Shown piece by piece: positions 62,160 to 64,000 of a stretch of 64,000 nucleotides of DNA. The position numbers were made by a program, and so were the translations under genes. The stretch is from Octopus sinensis. Its lineage: Eukaryota. How positions within the stretch are numbered: the first letter of the stretch is position 1; each line of letters starts with the position of its first letter. Location: NCBI RefSeq assembly GCF_006345805.1, contig NC_042998.1, forward strand, positions 75,330,001 through 75,394,000, given 5' to 3'. The notes below the pieces were generated by a model. That model did not search any database. It was not told where the DNA came from and saw nothing but the letters and a program-made list of their open reading frames with translations.

Positions 62160-62283
62160 TACATTATTTACATTGTTTACATTTGACTGATATTTGAAGG
62201 CTGGAGGGTATATCAGCCGAAACTTAGTGTTAACAACAAATAAGATGAGGACAAATATCTGTCAATTGTAAATAACGTAAATA
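62160..62283 (+). mobile_element. Short pLTR-like fragment: stem II + GAAAC half-hammerhead bracketed by an inverted repeat
   Basis: GGCTG GAGGGTATAT CAGCC GAAAC; flanked by TTTACATTTGACTGATATTTG and CAAATATCTGTCAATTGTAAA. Confidence 0.5.
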
Positions 62284-62763
62284 ATAGAGCTGGTCCTCAT
62301 TGCCATTTAGTAATAATGACGTGTCCTCTAAAGGAAGAAGTAGTTCTGATAAATCAGAAATTTAGGGTCTATAGTATTTGACATATCTGTGTTCCTTTAA
62401 ATGCATTATGCACAATATGTGAAGCATAATTTTAAAATGAGTTCAAACCAAATCATATGCATTTAACAAATCACAGCAGCATGTAGGAAGGAATGAAAAC
62501 TTCGTATGTTGGATAAAATAAGCACAACGGTATTTAGTCGACTTCATGTAGAGAACATAACAGGCACGTTGTGACCTGAACTTGGATTAGAACTACATCT
62601 TACATGCTCTGAATCATTCGCACATATTCAGTTTGTATTTGCACATTTGATTTCCGTTTAAAACAGCAACGTATTCAATGAGATTCCATACATAACAGTA
62701 ATAATTTCATTTCAGCGCACATATGAGCGCACGCAAATAGACACAGAGAGAGAGGGGGGAGAG

Positions 62764-62828
<65 letters not shown>

Positions 62829-63019
62829 CTTATGTTCTATTAGCTCGCCTGTTTTTCGTTTCTCTCACAAAAGTTGTCATGGAATATAATATCATTCATG
62901 AGTGCGTACGTGTCAGCATATTTTCATTGGTGTGTATGTATGTGTATATAAGTATATTATATATTATAATCAATTTTACCTATACGCATGCGTGCCTAAC
63001 TATTCTCATAAATGTATAT

Positions 63020-63033
63020 GTATTCATATGTGA

Positions 63034-63064
<31 letters not shown>

Positions 63065-63069
63065 CATAT

Positions 63070-63123
<54 letters not shown>

Positions 63124-63213
63124 TAGTAAGAGAGAGAGAGAGAGTATTGTATACACAAGTATATATATGCATACATAAACGCAGATATAAAAATGCTTAA
63201 AATATCCAATATC

Positions 63214-63305
<92 letters not shown>

Positions 63306-63400
63306 GTTATAGATATATAGAGAGATAGATAGACATATATATATGTATCTATGTCTATATCTATCTCTATATATATATCTATATGGGTGTGCGTGTATAT
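63020..63400. repeat. (TA)n/(GA)n/(TAGA)n microsatellite arrays
   Basis: Direct reading. Confidence 0.9.
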
Positions 63401-64000
63401 ATATATATGAACAGAAAGAGAGAATGCTATATATCAGGATATTAGATATGTGTGTTGTGAGTTTGCGCTCGTATGTACATATAGATATAAATATTATTTA
63501 CTGAAGCACATAAACATATAAGAGAGTATATATAGATATAATTTTGTCAATATTGCTTTTTTAATAAATACTGTATTTTTTCATGTCATTAAACATCAAA
63601 CAACTTAAGATTCTACCTTACTAATGTGTTGTCCTTTTTATGTGTTTACTTGTCTCTCGTTGTTGCCATATAAAATAGATTTTTAATCAACCAGTTTTTC
63701 ATGTTACCCTTTTCTGTTTCATTTCATTTTCTTTATATATCACAGCTACCATAATAACATCGAAATTAAGTTTATGTTGTTGGTAATATATTGAACTTGG
63801 AGTCGTTTTCGATTTTTGTGCCCAAGTTTCATTGTAAGGGGCTTAGTATTGCTTTAACAAACATCTGCAAAGTTTATCGCCTATTGTTTAATACGCAGCG
63901 TGTATATACATACACATATACATATATACGTATGTATGTATATATATATGTATATATATATATATATATATGCACATATATATATATACACCTACATACA

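Overview
Eukaryotic, very AT-rich, microsatellite-laden non-genic or intronic DNA. The SINE families look like those of Octopus; this is recognition from memory, not a database hit. No intact protein-coding gene, rRNA, tRNA or CRISPR array is supported. The window is a transposon graveyard: a full-length Tx1/L1-clade LINE with a 16-bp TSD (37001-41964) and an older Tx1-like relic (795-3720); at least two Penelope-like element (PLE) lineages in several copies; CR1, RTE and R4/Dong-like LINE fragments; a decayed Chapaev-type transposase; a probable Gypsy relic; many SINEs; and two near-identical tandem duplications. The main discovery is a high density of minimal type I hammerhead ribozyme (HHR) motifs from several unrelated families. 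Each has a palindromic, dimer-type stem III. They include a near-canonical copy at 41984-42028 sitting 3 bp from the Tx1 insertion site, U3-A8 compensated core variants (56574-56621, 60836-60883, 61089-61131), a long-stem-II form (49212-49301, 52510-52599, 21537-21626) and extra-A variants. Most sit in elements whose two 3' ends point outward and abut microsatellites. All folds and translations were done by eye; activity is untested.
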